The notes beneath the pieces are model-generated. The model was given only the letters and a program-made list of their open reading frames with translations. It was not told the DNA's origin and searched no databases. This document shows positions 42,488 to 52,367 of a DNA stretch of 64,000 nucleotides, piece by piece. Positions within the stretch are counted from its first letter, which is position 1, and each line of letters opens with the position of its first letter. This DNA is from an uncultured Acidobacteriota bacterium (GTDB taxonomy: Bacteria; Acidobacteriota; JAQAZP01): NCBI GenBank assembly GCA_963836075.1, contig CAWIIB010000009.1, positions 3,104,001 through 3,168,000 of the forward strand. Reading direction: 5' to 3'. Both the position numbers and the translations under genes were made by a program.

Positions 42488-45358
42488 TCAGAAGCGGCCC
42501 GCCGTTACGTTCGCCCCGTAGGTCCACCCGTCGGGGAAGGCCTGCAGCGAGAACCAGAGCGTGGTCTGGGACCCGTCATAGGTGTAGACCTTGAGCAGTG
42601 TGTTGACTGCCGGGTCCGGGCCGGCGCCCACCACGATCTCGTCCCGGCCGTTGCCGTTCAGGTCGGCTCCGGACGAGATGCTGCTGCCGTAGCGGACCTC
42701 ATCCGGCGGCCAGGCAAAGAAGTTCACCCCGGGCATGTCGGTGATCGTCAACCCGTCATGGTTCCACCCGCGAATGTGGGTCCCGAAGGCCGGGGACGGT
42801 CCCGGCGCGGTGACGATCTCGTCCACGCCGTCGCCATCAATGTCGCCGCAGCTGACCCGCACACCGTAGCGCGGGGTGTTGTAAGCGAAATAGCTGATCC
42901 CGGGGATTGACACGGCCGTTCCACCATCCACGTTCCAGCCCCGCACATGGGCGCCGTAGATCGGTCCGGGCCCCGCGCCGGTTATGATCTCGTCGAAGCC
43001 ATCGCCGTCGATGTCGCCGGCCGCCACGTTGACGCCCCACTGCGGCGCGCCGTAGGCGAAGAAATTGACGCCGGCCACCGGTGACACGGCACCGGTGACA
43101 TCGTAGTTCCACCCCCGCACATGCGGGCCGAAGACAGCGCCCGGCCCGGCGCCGGTGATGACCTCGTCGAACCCGTCACCGTCGATGTCGCCGCCGGCCA
43201 CGTTAACGCCGAACTTGTTGGAGCTGTAGGCCAGAAAGCTCAAGCCGGGGAGGGGGGTGCCGTCCACGGCGAAGCCCCGCACGTGGGGGCCGAACACGTC
43301 GCCCGGTCCGGCACCGGTGAGGATCTCGTCCCTGAGATCTCCGTCCACATTGGCGCAGCTGAGGTTTACCCCGTGGTGCGGGGGATCATAGGCCTGGAAG
43401 GCATAGGTCCGGATCGCCCCTTCCTCCGGGGGAAAGACCCGGACCCGGGGCGGGTTGGCCGGTCCCGGCCCCAGTCCGGCAATGATAAATGGCAGGGTGG
43501 CGATCTCGCCGAGGGGGTAGTGATAGCCCATGTCCGCAACGCCTTCGTCAACACCTTCGTCGGTGCGGGTGGTCCCGTCCACGATCCCCGCCGAGGGGTC
43601 TCCGGCATCGACGCAGGGGCTGGTTGCCGGCTGACCGGCCACGGTGTGGCTGAGGTAGAAGTCCCCCGCAAGACCGCTGGCGAAGAGCGGATCGGCGTCG
43701 ATCATGCCGTCCCACCAGTTGAGAATGCATCCGGAGTCAACGGCCACGCCGGCCTGTCCGCCCGCAACATTGCTGTACTTGATGGTCAGCCGGCTGATGG
43801 CACCGTCATCATCGCTGACAAAGATCTCATTGCCATCTGGTGCGCTGTTGCCCCAGAAGATGGAGTTGACCACACGAAAATGGGCCTGGGTGAAGGTGTA
43901 CAGACCGCCGCCCTTTTGGGTGGCAACGTTCCCGGCAACGGTGGTATTCCAGAACCAGGGATCCGCGTCTCTGCCGGCGATACCGCCTCCTCTTCCGGCG
44001 CTGTTGCCGATCACCAGGTTATTGATATATGAATTGGTGGAGTCGGGTCCGGCACAGATGCCGCCCCCCCGGTCGGCCGAGTTGCCGATGATCGTATTGT
44101 TTGAGATGGCAGTGGAGTGGCAGACATAGGTGTAGATGCCGCCCCCGTCACGGGTTGCCACATTGTCCGAGATCAGGTTTCCGGTGATCTGCCCGTTGTC
44201 GTCCCGGACATAAATGCCCCCGCCGTTATAGCCCTGATTTCCGGTGATGGTGTTGTTCGAGATGACTGTTGCATATCCACTGCACGCGATTCCGCCGCCG
44301 GCACCCTCATTGGAGTTCCCGGTGATGATGTTGTTGGTGATCGTGTTTCGACTGTTGGCATCGATGCCGGGACCTTCCGTATTGTCACTGATCGTGTTCC
44401 CGGTGATCAGGAGGCTGCCGCCGCAATAGAGCCCGCAACCGATATTGTTCTGGATCAGGTTGTCGGCGATCTGTCCGGCCGGCGCCGAGCAATAGAGCCC
44501 ACCGCGTTTGCTGCCGGTCGTGTACAGCGATGCATTCTCGATGAAACTGCAATCGGTGAAATCCATCGATTGTGATGAATAGCAGTATGCGCCGGCGCCC
44601 CAGACCCCCGCCGTGTTAGATTGGAAGAGGCAATCCCGGACCACCACCACCGCACAGTCTGCACAATACAGCCCGCCCCCGTGGTTGTCGGCGTTGTTTC
44701 CGGTGAAGGTGGTTCCGGTGATGGTCGGCGAGGAACTGGCAAAAAATGCTATACCTCCCCCGTATCCCTCATAGGGATAGTGCTCGGTGTTGTCGTTGTT
44801 GGAGATGGTGCAGTTGGTGATCGTCGGCGAGGAATCGAGGCCGTAGATGCCGCCACCGTTGTAGTCGGAGAGGCAGCCGTCGACAACGCAGCCGGTAATC
44901 TCGGCGGTCGAGTTCTCGAGATAGATGCCGCCGCCCTGGTCCGTGCCCCGGCAATTGCTTACGACCATGTTGCGGATAGTGGGGGAGGACTCGAAGCAGT
45001 GGATGGCCCCACCCTGACTGTGAAGCCCGTTGGCGATGGTGAAACCCTGCAGCACTGCTGTCTGGTCTTCGCTCGACTGGAAGATAAACGCCCGCCCGTC
45101 GTTCTGACAGTCGAGGATGCAGGCCGCCGGCCCATTCTCCGATTCTACGGTGATTGACTTGCCGAGGAAGTCGAGGTCCTTGTTCCAGAACCCGGTCCAT
45201 GTGCCGTCGGCCACCCGCACCGTGTCACCGTTGACAGCGGCCTCCATGGCGTGACGAATGGTGGGCTGGTCGGCAGGGACATGAATCACTGCGGCCGCTG
45301 CGCCAAAGGAGCAGCCGAGCAATGCGGTGAGCACAATGGCCATCTGCTGCTTCATCAT
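42488..45358 (-). CDS. Secreted beta-helix protein (long) with CTD-A
   Basis: Same architecture; GAGGAG RBS before 45358; ends TAGRF. Confidence 0.88.
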   Translation of the reverse strand: MMKQQMAIVLTALLGCSFGAAAAVIHVPADQPTIRHAMEAAVNGDTVRVADGTWTGFWNKDLDFLGKSITVESENGPAACILDCQNDGRAFIFQSSEDQTAVLQGFTIANGLHSQGGAIHCFESSPTIRNMVVSNCRGTDQGGGIYLENSTAEITGCVVDGCLSDYNGGGIYGLDSSPTITNCTISNNDNTEHYPYEGYGGGIAFFASSSPTITGTTFTGNNADNHGGGLYCADCAVVVVRDCLFQSNTAGVWGAGAYCYSSQSMDFTDCSFIENASLYTTGSKRGGLYCSAPAGQIADNLIQNNIGCGLYCGGSLLITGNTISDNTEGPGIDANSRNTITNNIITGNSNEGAGGGIACSGYATVISNNTITGNQGYNGGGIYVRDDNGQITGNLISDNVATRDGGGIYTYVCHSTAISNNTIIGNSADRGGGICAGPDSTNSYINNLVIGNSAGRGGGIAGRDADPWFWNTTVAGNVATQKGGGLYTFTQAHFRVVNSIFWGNSAPDGNEIFVSDDDGAISRLTIKYSNVAGGQAGVAVDSGCILNWWDGMIDADPLFASGLAGDFYLSHTVAGQPATSPCVDAGDPSAGIVDGTTRTDEGVDEGVADMGYHYPLGEIATLPFIIAGLGPGPANPPRVRVFPPEEGAIRTYAFQAYDPPHHGVNLSCANVDGDLRDEILTGAGPGDVFGPHVRGFAVDGTPLPGLSFLAYSSNKFGVNVAGGDIDGDGFDEVITGAGPGAVFGPHVRGWNYDVTGAVSPVAGVNFFAYGAPQWGVNVAAGDIDGDGFDEIITGAGPGPIYGAHVRGWNVDGGTAVSIPGISYFAYNTPRYGVRVSCGDIDGDGVDEIVTAPGPSPAFGTHIRGWNHDGLTITDMPGVNFFAWPPDEVRYGSSISSGADLNGNGRDEIVVGAGPDPAVNTLLKVYTYDGSQTTLWFSLQAFPDGWTYGANVTAGRF

Positions 45359-45371
45359 CCTGGGCGTCTCC

Positions 45372-47384
45372 TCAGGGGGAATCGGCCTCAATCCAGCAGT
45401 TGACTTCTTTGCTGTCACCGGATGCCGGATATGGCGGTTGGTTGTACGGGGCGGGGGTCACGTCCACGGCCAACAGCTTGAAGCTGTTGCTGCCGATGAG
45501 GGCCGGGCTTTGGGGAATCAGCTGGTTCCAGGTGGTGGTGTGCAGCCCCCCGGCAGTTATATTGGTGTAGCCCGATCGCCAGTTGCTGATGGTCTGGCCC
45601 CCGGCGGTCTCGATGTCGATGCGTCCGGCGACCCGTCGCGTCTGGACGGCGGAGCGGTTGTGCAGGATCACCGAGAACTGAATGATAAACGGCAGGGTGC
45701 CGGAATCGGGTGCGCAGGTGAAGGACGCGTCAACCGTGTGAGTGAGCGGGTAGTGGAATCCCATGTCGGGTGTGCCATCATCCTGCACGCCATCAGTGCG
45801 GGTGGTGCCCGTGGGAGGCGATCCGGCCGGGTTGCCGGTATCGACGCAGGGGCTGTCGGCCGGCTGGCCGGCCGACACCTGGGCCAGGTAGTGGCTGCCT
45901 TCCGGGCCGGTGGCAAACAGCGGGTCGTCCTCGATGGCCCCGGCCCCCCAGGTGAGCGTGCCGCCGGAGCCGAGAGGGATGCCGGCCTCGCCGCCCTGCA
46001 CCGTGGAATAGGAGATCAGCAGGTCCGAGCTATAACTGCTGTATGACAGTTGCGGCCCGCTGGGCGCCGTGTTACCCCAGGCGATGGAATCGGTGAGCGA
46101 GCAGGCTCCGGCGATGTCGAAACAGATACCGCCCCCCTGGATCCCCGCCGTGTTGCCGACGATGGTCATGGCGGCAAGGTCGAGGGGAGAACTCGTCCAC
46201 AACCCACCGCCATCCTCACCGGCTTCGTTGCCCACCAGCAGGTTTTGCGATACGTCGCCGTTCCAGAAGCGGAGGAATAGACCGCCGCCATGGCGATCGG
46301 CGCTGTTATTCTCGAACCGGTTGTTGGTCAGGGCACAGTTGTCGGTGTCGTAGGCCATCAGCCCGCCGCCATGGCGGAGGGTGCTGTTGCCGCTGATGGT
46401 GTTGCCGGAGACCACGGTGCCGTCGCCGTAGCGGAGGAAGATACCGCCGCCGTCCTGGTCCACGAGGTCCGGCTCCACCACCGCATTGCCGGTTATCGAG
46501 TTGTCAACGATTTCTGCGGTGCCCTCGACATAGACCCCGCCGCCGCGAAACGCTGCCTGGTTCCCGTAGATGGTATTCTCGCGGATCGTTACCGTGGAGA
46601 ATTCCATCGCGATCCCCCCGCCCTTCCAGGCCGAAAAGTTGTCATTGATGGTGTTGTGCTCGATCACCACCGTGCAGCCCGTATGGGCATTGACCGCCCC
46701 GCCGCCGAAGGAAAATGCTTCTGTGCTGAGCGCCGTATTGTGACTCAGGGTGTTTCCGGTGATCAGGACTGTGCTGGCGGCGCAGTGAATGGCCCCGCCT
46801 TCGAAGTCGGCCGTATTCCAGGTAATCGTGTTCTCCTCGATCAACGGTGAAGCATTCTCGATGTAGATCGCCCCGCCAAAACTGGCAGCGGCCAGGTTGT
46901 TGGTCAGTGTGTTGCCAATGATCAGCGGCTCGGCGCCGTCGACACAGTGAATCGCCCCGCCGCCCCCGGTATCGGCCGTGCAGTCCAGGATCACGCAGCC
47001 GGTGATCGTCGGAGAAGCGCCCGAACAGCGGATGCCGCCACCGCTGTAGCGATTGCCGTTCTGGATGGTGAAGCCCCGGACCACGGATTCGGATCCCTCA
47101 CCCCCGGCGAAGGTGAAACCGCGGCCCAGGCCTTCGCAGTCGATGATACAGGCCGCCGGCCCGTTCTCAGATTCGACGGTGATGGCCTTGCCGAGGAAAT
47201 CGAGTTCCTTGTTGCCGTAGCCGGTCCAGACACCGTCGGCCACCAGCACGATGTCGCCGTCGACGGCCGCATCGATGCCGGCCTGGATCGTTGGCTGGTC
47301 GCCTGGGATGTGGAAGGTGGCGGCTGAGAGGGGCAGGGTCAGAAAGAGTACAAGCCATATGAAGGGTGCTGAAGAGATCTTCAT
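45372..47384 (-). CDS. Secreted beta-helix protein with CTD-B
   Basis: Same passenger and linker (GTTRTD..DMGFHYP), then FTCAPDSGTLPF...DVTPAPYNQPPYP..CWIEADSP. Confidence 0.88.
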   Translation of the reverse strand: MKISSAPFIWLVLFLTLPLSAATFHIPGDQPTIQAGIDAAVDGDIVLVADGVWTGYGNKELDFLGKAITVESENGPAACIIDCEGLGRGFTFAGGEGSESVVRGFTIQNGNRYSGGGIRCSGASPTITGCVILDCTADTGGGGAIHCVDGAEPLIIGNTLTNNLAAASFGGAIYIENASPLIEENTITWNTADFEGGAIHCAASTVLITGNTLSHNTALSTEAFSFGGGAVNAHTGCTVVIEHNTINDNFSAWKGGGIAMEFSTVTIRENTIYGNQAAFRGGGVYVEGTAEIVDNSITGNAVVEPDLVDQDGGGIFLRYGDGTVVSGNTISGNSTLRHGGGLMAYDTDNCALTNNRFENNSADRHGGGLFLRFWNGDVSQNLLVGNEAGEDGGGLWTSSPLDLAAMTIVGNTAGIQGGGICFDIAGACSLTDSIAWGNTAPSGPQLSYSSYSSDLLISYSTVQGGEAGIPLGSGGTLTWGAGAIEDDPLFATGPEGSHYLAQVSAGQPADSPCVDTGNPAGSPPTGTTRTDGVQDDGTPDMGFHYPLTHTVDASFTCAPDSGTLPFIIQFSVILHNRSAVQTRRVAGRIDIETAGGQTISNWRSGYTNITAGGLHTTTWNQLIPQSPALIGSNSFKLLAVDVTPAPYNQPPYPASGDSKEVNCWIEADSP

Positions 47385-47541
47385 GGTATCCCCCTGGCTA
47401 TTGCATTGGATCGGCAGACATGGCGTGCTTCGGATGCACCCATTATTATTCTTAAAGTAATAATACTAACAAGGGGGTGTGAAAGTCCATGAAAAAGAAC
47501 ATTGACTCAGGCTTTGCTGGGGCCTGGATGCGACCTTCGTC

Positions 47542-49593
47542 TCAGAACCTTCCCGCCGCAATTTCCGTTCCGTATAGCTGATCGGTTGCATAGCCGTCAT
47601 AGAGAAACCACAGGGTCATATCTCCATCACGATAGCTGTAGATATAGATCTGCTGGTTCGCTTCGGGGTCCGGTCCCGGACCCGCCAGCAGGTCGTCACG
47701 GCCGTCCCCATCCAGGTCGGTGCCGGAATAGACATTGGCCCCGAAATGCCAGAAATAGGCCAGGGCCAGCGGGAAACTGAAGTTCGGCAACTCGGTGACC
47801 GCGGTTCCGTCGTAGTTCCATCCCTTGACCCACGGTATGACCAGGGGGTCGGGTCCGGGGCCGGTGACCAGTTCGGCCATCCCGTCGCCATCCAGGTCAC
47901 CACAGGCCACATTGACTCCGTGTTTTGCAGTCTCAAAGGCGAAGAAACTGAGGTTGGGAATGGCGGTGACTGAGCCCCCGTCCACGTTCCAACCACGGAC
48001 GTGGGGACCGAAGTGTGCCCCCGGCCCGGCGCCGGTGATGATTTCGTCATAGCCGTCGCCGTCGATGTCGCCGCAGCAGACATTGACACCCCATTTCGGC
48101 GTGCCGTAGGCGAAATAGCTCACTCCGGGCACGGCCGTGACCGCCGGTCCGCCGTCATAGTCGAATGCCCGGACGTGCGAGCCAAAGACCGCGCCCGGTC
48201 CGGCGCCGGTGACGATCTCGTCGAAGCCGTCATTGTCGATGTCGCCGGCGGCCACGTTGACGCCATATTTCAGTGTGCCGTAGGCAAAGAAGCTAAGGCC
48301 GGGCAGGGGAGTGCCGTCCACGGTGAACCCGCGGACGTGGGGGCCGTATACCGCACCGGGACCCGGGCCGGTGAGGATTTCGTCGAAACGGTCCCCGGCG
48401 AGGTTGCCGCAGGCCAGGTTCACGCCATACCCGGTGGCGCCGTAAGCCGTGAACTCATACTGCAGGACCGGCACGATGAGCAGATCGACCGAATAGACCT
48501 TCACCAGCGGCGGGTTGGCCGGCCCGGCTCCCGGAGCGGCCACCACCCAGGGGTTCCCTGTGGGGTAGTGATACCCCAGGTCAATGATGTTGCTGTCGGG
48601 TACGGAGTCGGTACGGGTGGTGCCGTGGTGAAGTTCGGAGGCCGGATTTCCGGCATCGGCACAGGGGCTTTCCGCTGCCTGTCCGGCGGCAACCTGGCTC
48701 AGGTACCAGGGACCCTGGGGGCCGTCGACGAACAGGGGGTCGGCATTGATCAGACCGGGGCCGTATTCAACGAGTGCTCCGGGTTCCGCGTAGAGCTTGT
48801 CGATGTCCGACCAGGAGAGGTTTGCCGAGCCTCCCAGGTAGAGGTCCTCACCCACCCCGTCGGATTCGTTGCCCCAGATAACCGAGTTGGAGACCACGAT
48901 GTTCGCCGCATGAATTCCAGCGGCCAGGAATCCGGCCCAGTTGTCGGTAACGGTGCACCCATCTACCGTTGCCCCGCCAATCTCCAGGCCGCCGCCCGTA
49001 TCGAAGGCGGTGTTGCCATTCACCAGGTTGTCCCGGAACAGCACACCGCCCCTCAGCCAGGCGCCGCCGCCGGTATTCGCGAGGTTGCCGAGAAAGCGGT
49101 TGCCGGCCACCAGACCACTGCCGTTGTAGTAGAGCGCTCCGCCTCCATATCCGATGATCGAATAGTCGGCAGAATTATTGATGAGGATGTTGTCGAGGAT
49201 CGTGGGGGAACAGTTCTGCACCTTGATGGCGCCGCCGCTGTCGGATATGCAGTGACAGTTCTTGATGGTGAAGCCCTGCATGACGGCGTCGGGCCCCTCG
49301 TCGTTCTCGAAGACAAAACCCCGGTAGCCCTGGCAGTCGATGATGCACGCTGCAGCCCCGCCGGCAGATCTCACGGTGATCGCCTTGCCGTTGAAGGTGA
49401 CCTCCCGGTTCCCACCCCCGGTGTAGGACCCGTCGGCCACCAGCACCGTGTCGCCGTCAACTGCGGCATCGATCCCGGCCTGGATCGTGGGCTGGTCGTC
49501 AGGGACGTGGATAGTGGCGGCAGGGGCGGAGAGGGGGGCAAGCAGCGTTAAGCAGATAATAAGGCCGCAGGAGAGTGGGACAGGATGCTTCAC
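47542..49593 (-). CDS. Secreted beta-helix protein with CTD-A
   Basis: GGAGG RBS before GTG 49593; same architecture; ends AAGRF. Confidence 0.86.
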   Translation of the reverse strand: MKHPVPLSCGLIICLTLLAPLSAPAATIHVPDDQPTIQAGIDAAVDGDTVLVADGSYTGGGNREVTFNGKAITVRSAGGAAACIIDCQGYRGFVFENDEGPDAVMQGFTIKNCHCISDSGGAIKVQNCSPTILDNILINNSADYSIIGYGGGALYYNGSGLVAGNRFLGNLANTGGGAWLRGGVLFRDNLVNGNTAFDTGGGLEIGGATVDGCTVTDNWAGFLAAGIHAANIVVSNSVIWGNESDGVGEDLYLGGSANLSWSDIDKLYAEPGALVEYGPGLINADPLFVDGPQGPWYLSQVAAGQAAESPCADAGNPASELHHGTTRTDSVPDSNIIDLGYHYPTGNPWVVAAPGAGPANPPLVKVYSVDLLIVPVLQYEFTAYGATGYGVNLACGNLAGDRFDEILTGPGPGAVYGPHVRGFTVDGTPLPGLSFFAYGTLKYGVNVAAGDIDNDGFDEIVTGAGPGAVFGSHVRAFDYDGGPAVTAVPGVSYFAYGTPKWGVNVCCGDIDGDGYDEIITGAGPGAHFGPHVRGWNVDGGSVTAIPNLSFFAFETAKHGVNVACGDLDGDGMAELVTGPGPDPLVIPWVKGWNYDGTAVTELPNFSFPLALAYFWHFGANVYSGTDLDGDGRDDLLAGPGPDPEANQQIYIYSYRDGDMTLWFLYDGYATDQLYGTEIAAGRF

Positions 49594-49715
49594 GTGGCCT
49601 CCCATGCATTTCGAACTGCGCTCTATCCCCTGTCGTGCGCGAAAGGGCTCTGCACGGGGTTATTATCCATGAAAAAGTCATCAAAAGGGAATTGTGCCGT
49701 CCAAACATCAGCTGA

Positions 49716-49744
49716 TTGACTTGCGGTTCAATGATCGATACTCT
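49716..49744 (+). promoter_or_regulatory. Sigma70-like promoter upstream of the peroxiredoxin gene
   Basis: TTGACT-N17-TACTCT. Confidence 0.5.
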
Positions 49745-49863
49745 TGGCGTGAAAGGCGTAAGTCTAATGTAGGCAACGAAATATATGGTTTTTGTTGTCT
49801 ATGGTGGTCTGGGCTTTGCTCAAGGTTACTTCTGTCGCGGGATACGACCGAAAGGAGTGAATC

Positions 49864-50565
49864 ATGTCGCAGGAGAAGGACGGATGCGTCAAACCGGCCA
49901 GGGGGCCGATTGTGCAGGCCGGAGAGGAAGACGAATCAGGCGCCAACACTGAACGGAAGGGGGGAGAGCGTATGCAGGCACGGGTAGGACAGGAAGCTCC
50001 GGATTTCGAGGCCAACGCCTATGTGGCCGGAGAAGGGTTCAAGACGGTAAGGCTTTCCAGTTTCAAGGGTAAATGGATCGTGCTCTGCTTCTATCCCGGT
50101 GATTTTACCTTTGTCTGACCCACCGAGTTGGCGGCGGTCGCCGCCCGTTATGAAGAGTTGAAGGGATTGGGGGTTGAAGTGCTGGCCATGAGCACCGACA
50201 GCCGATTCGTGCACCAGATCTGGCAGCGCGAGGAACTGGTAAAAATGGTTGAGGGTGGGGTTCCTTTCCCCATGCTCTCCGATGCCGGTGGCTTGATCGG
50301 CAAGCTGTATGGCGTTTATGACGAATCCGCCGGTGTGGATATTCGAGGCCGGTTCATCATCGATCCCGATTTCGTTCTCCGGGCGATGGAGGTGCTGACC
50401 CCCGAGGTCGGCCGCAGCCCCGAGGAACTGACTCGCCAGGTCAAGGCGTTCCAGCACGTCGCGGCCACCGGCGAAGTGACCCCCTCCGGGTGGCAGCCCG
50501 GGGACACAACCCTCACCCCGGGTCCCGACCTGGTTGGCAAGGTCTGGGAGGTCTGGAAAGTCTGA
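49864..50565 (+). CDS. prxU: Selenocysteine-containing peroxiredoxin (PrxU/AhpC type), UGA at 50116-50118
   Basis: [14 protein letters not shown] with UGA at the peroxidatic Cys position; the two ORF-track pieces are in one frame; [15 protein letters not shown] motifs. Confidence 0.93.
50130..50145 (+). promoter_or_regulatory. Bacterial SECIS-like hairpin of prxU
   Basis: GGCGGC-GGTC-GCCGCC beginning 11 nt after the UGA. Confidence 0.75.
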
Positions 50566-50586
50566 ATCTGTCGTCGGGATCATCCC

Positions 50587-50624
50587 TGCCCGGAACGCGG
50601 TTCGACCCCTGTTCCGGGCATTTT
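50587..50624 (+). terminator. Terminator after prxU
   Basis: TGCCCGGAAC...GTTCCGGGCA followed by TTTT. Confidence 0.65.
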
Positions 50625-50728
50625 CATAACGGTTGTCTCCCTTTAATGGTTGTGAGATGATCGGCCATCTGAAAATGGTTTGCTGCACGCACTTTTATCA
50701 AGATGCACACGTCTGGAGGAAGTATCAA

Positions 50729-51283
50729 ATGATCACGGTTCTGCGCACTCTGCTCGTCTGCCTCATCCTCGTTTCACTGCCCGTGCTGGGAATCGCCTGC
50801 GGTGGTTCGGACTCCGCCGAAACTGCCGCCGGAGAGACCGCGGATGTCGCCACGCCGGGCAGCCCGGACGCCACAGAGGAGAAAAAAGCTGAATCCTCGG
50901 ATGATTCATTGAGTTCGCCGGAAGCCGCCATGATGGTGGCAAAATACAAAGAAATGGCGGCCAGTGAAGGCATCTACTTTGGCGAGGTGCCCGAGGGCTT
51001 CCCGCTCGACTTCATCCCCCTGCACCCTGACGGCAAGATCGACAAGTCTTCCACGGGCGGTGGTGATTTCACCCTGCTGCAGAACGTGCCTGCGGAAAAG
51101 GACACCGTCTTCGCCTGGTTCAAAGATTTTTATAGCGACATGGGCTGGACCGTTGGCGATCCCTTCACCATGGGCAATCGGACCATGACCGGCATCGATG
51201 GGAACAGTGGAGAGGTCTCCATGACCATGATTACCCAGGATGACGGATCGACATTCGTTGCCCTGGTGCTGAGCCCGAGGTAG
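50729..51283 (+). CDS. Hypothetical lipoprotein
   Basis: GGAGG RBS, hydrophobic signal ending GIA-C, low-complexity acidic linker. Confidence 0.75.
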   Translation: MITVLRTLLVCLILVSLPVLGIACGGSDSAETAAGETADVATPGSPDATEEKKAESSDDSLSSPEAAMMVAKYKEMAASEGIYFGEVPEGFPLDFIPLHPDGKIDKSSTGGGDFTLLQNVPAEKDTVFAWFKDFYSDMGWTVGDPFTMGNRTMTGIDGNSGEVSMTMITQDDGSTFVALVLSPR

Positions 51284-51299
51284 CGATCCCGCGGAGATC

Positions 51300-52367
51300 A
51301 TGAGCCATCGAACGGACAGGGGGCGCCGGCCCCGCCGGCTGGTCAACATCGTCCTGCTGCTGGCCAGCCTGGCCTGTTGCCTCCTGGCCCTCGAACTGTT
51401 CTGCCGGCTTGGCCCGGCCGACTCCGGTGAGGTCAAGCTCAACGATCCCCACCGCCATGTGAAGACCATCGGCCGGCCCAGGCGGTTCGCCCCCCTGCAC
51501 ACGTATCGCGAGCGGGTCCCCCTGGAATATGACCACCAGGGATACTATGCCCCTTCAAAGGGCCTGGTCAGCTTCCACTCCAACCAGTTCGGCGCCCGCT
51601 GGACCGCGCCGGAAGAACAACCGCTGGCCGAGCAACCCGTCCTTGTTCTCGGCGATTCCTTCACCTATGGCCACGGCCTGCGCTACGAGGACGCTTTTAT
51701 TTTCCGCCTGCAGCAGTTGCTGGTAGAGGAGGGGGCCGGTGTCAGTTTCATCAACTTCTCCCACCGTGGCGCCAATGCCAAACAGGTTTTGAGGAACTAC
51801 GAAGACGTGCGGACACGGGCCCCGCACCAGGAGGTGCTCTACGGTCTGAACATCAACGACCTGGTCTGGTTCCCGGCCAGCCACTTTGTCGTTGGCCCGG
51901 ACGCCCTGACCGGTCTCGCCGAGCACTGGAAGGGCTACGCCTTCATCTCGGGCCGGGTCCACCGCTGGCTGATCCGCCGTCAGCGGATCCGGCAGCTCCT
52001 CTCACCCTCCTCACTGGAGAGCGATGCCTTTGCCGCCAATATGGATGCACTGGTGCGGCTGAACCGGGCGGCATCGGCCCACGGTACGCCGCTCCGCGTG
52101 GCTCTCCTGCCCATCATGGTGGATCTGCAACAGGGGACCCTCCACCCGCTCTACGACGGAATCCGGGAACGGGTGGAAGCCGCAGGGATTGAATGCATCG
52201 ACCTCACCCGCTGCCTTGACGGACGTGCGGACCGCGACCTCTGGGTCCTGCCCTTTGACCAGCATCCCAATGCCGTGGCCAACCAGGTCTTTGCCCGGGA
52301 GCTGTTGGAACAGTACCCGGTGAACTCAGGGTGTGAGCCCGGTCACCTGGCAGCTGTCGGTGGCTGA
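51300..52367 (+). CDS. Membrane-anchored SGNH/GDSL hydrolase family protein
   Basis: VLGDSFTYG, NIND, DQHPN motifs; N-terminal TM segment. Confidence 0.85.
   Translation: MSHRTDRGRRPRRLVNIVLLLASLACCLLALELFCRLGPADSGEVKLNDPHRHVKTIGRPRRFAPLHTYRERVPLEYDHQGYYAPSKGLVSFHSNQFGARWTAPEEQPLAEQPVLVLGDSFTYGHGLRYEDAFIFRLQQLLVEEGAGVSFINFSHRGANAKQVLRNYEDVRTRAPHQEVLYGLNINDLVWFPASHFVVGPDALTGLAEHWKGYAFISGRVHRWLIRRQRIRQLLSPSSLESDAFAANMDALVRLNRAASAHGTPLRVALLPIMVDLQQGTLHPLYDGIRERVEAAGIECIDLTRCLDGRADRDLWVLPFDQHPNAVANQVFARELLEQYPVNSGCEPGHLAAVGG

Noticed and set aside
38900-43400. CRISPR-like or non-coding tandem repeats
   Set aside because: The recurring DNA words are codons of the FG-GAP-like protein repeats; no repeat-spacer array or cas genes
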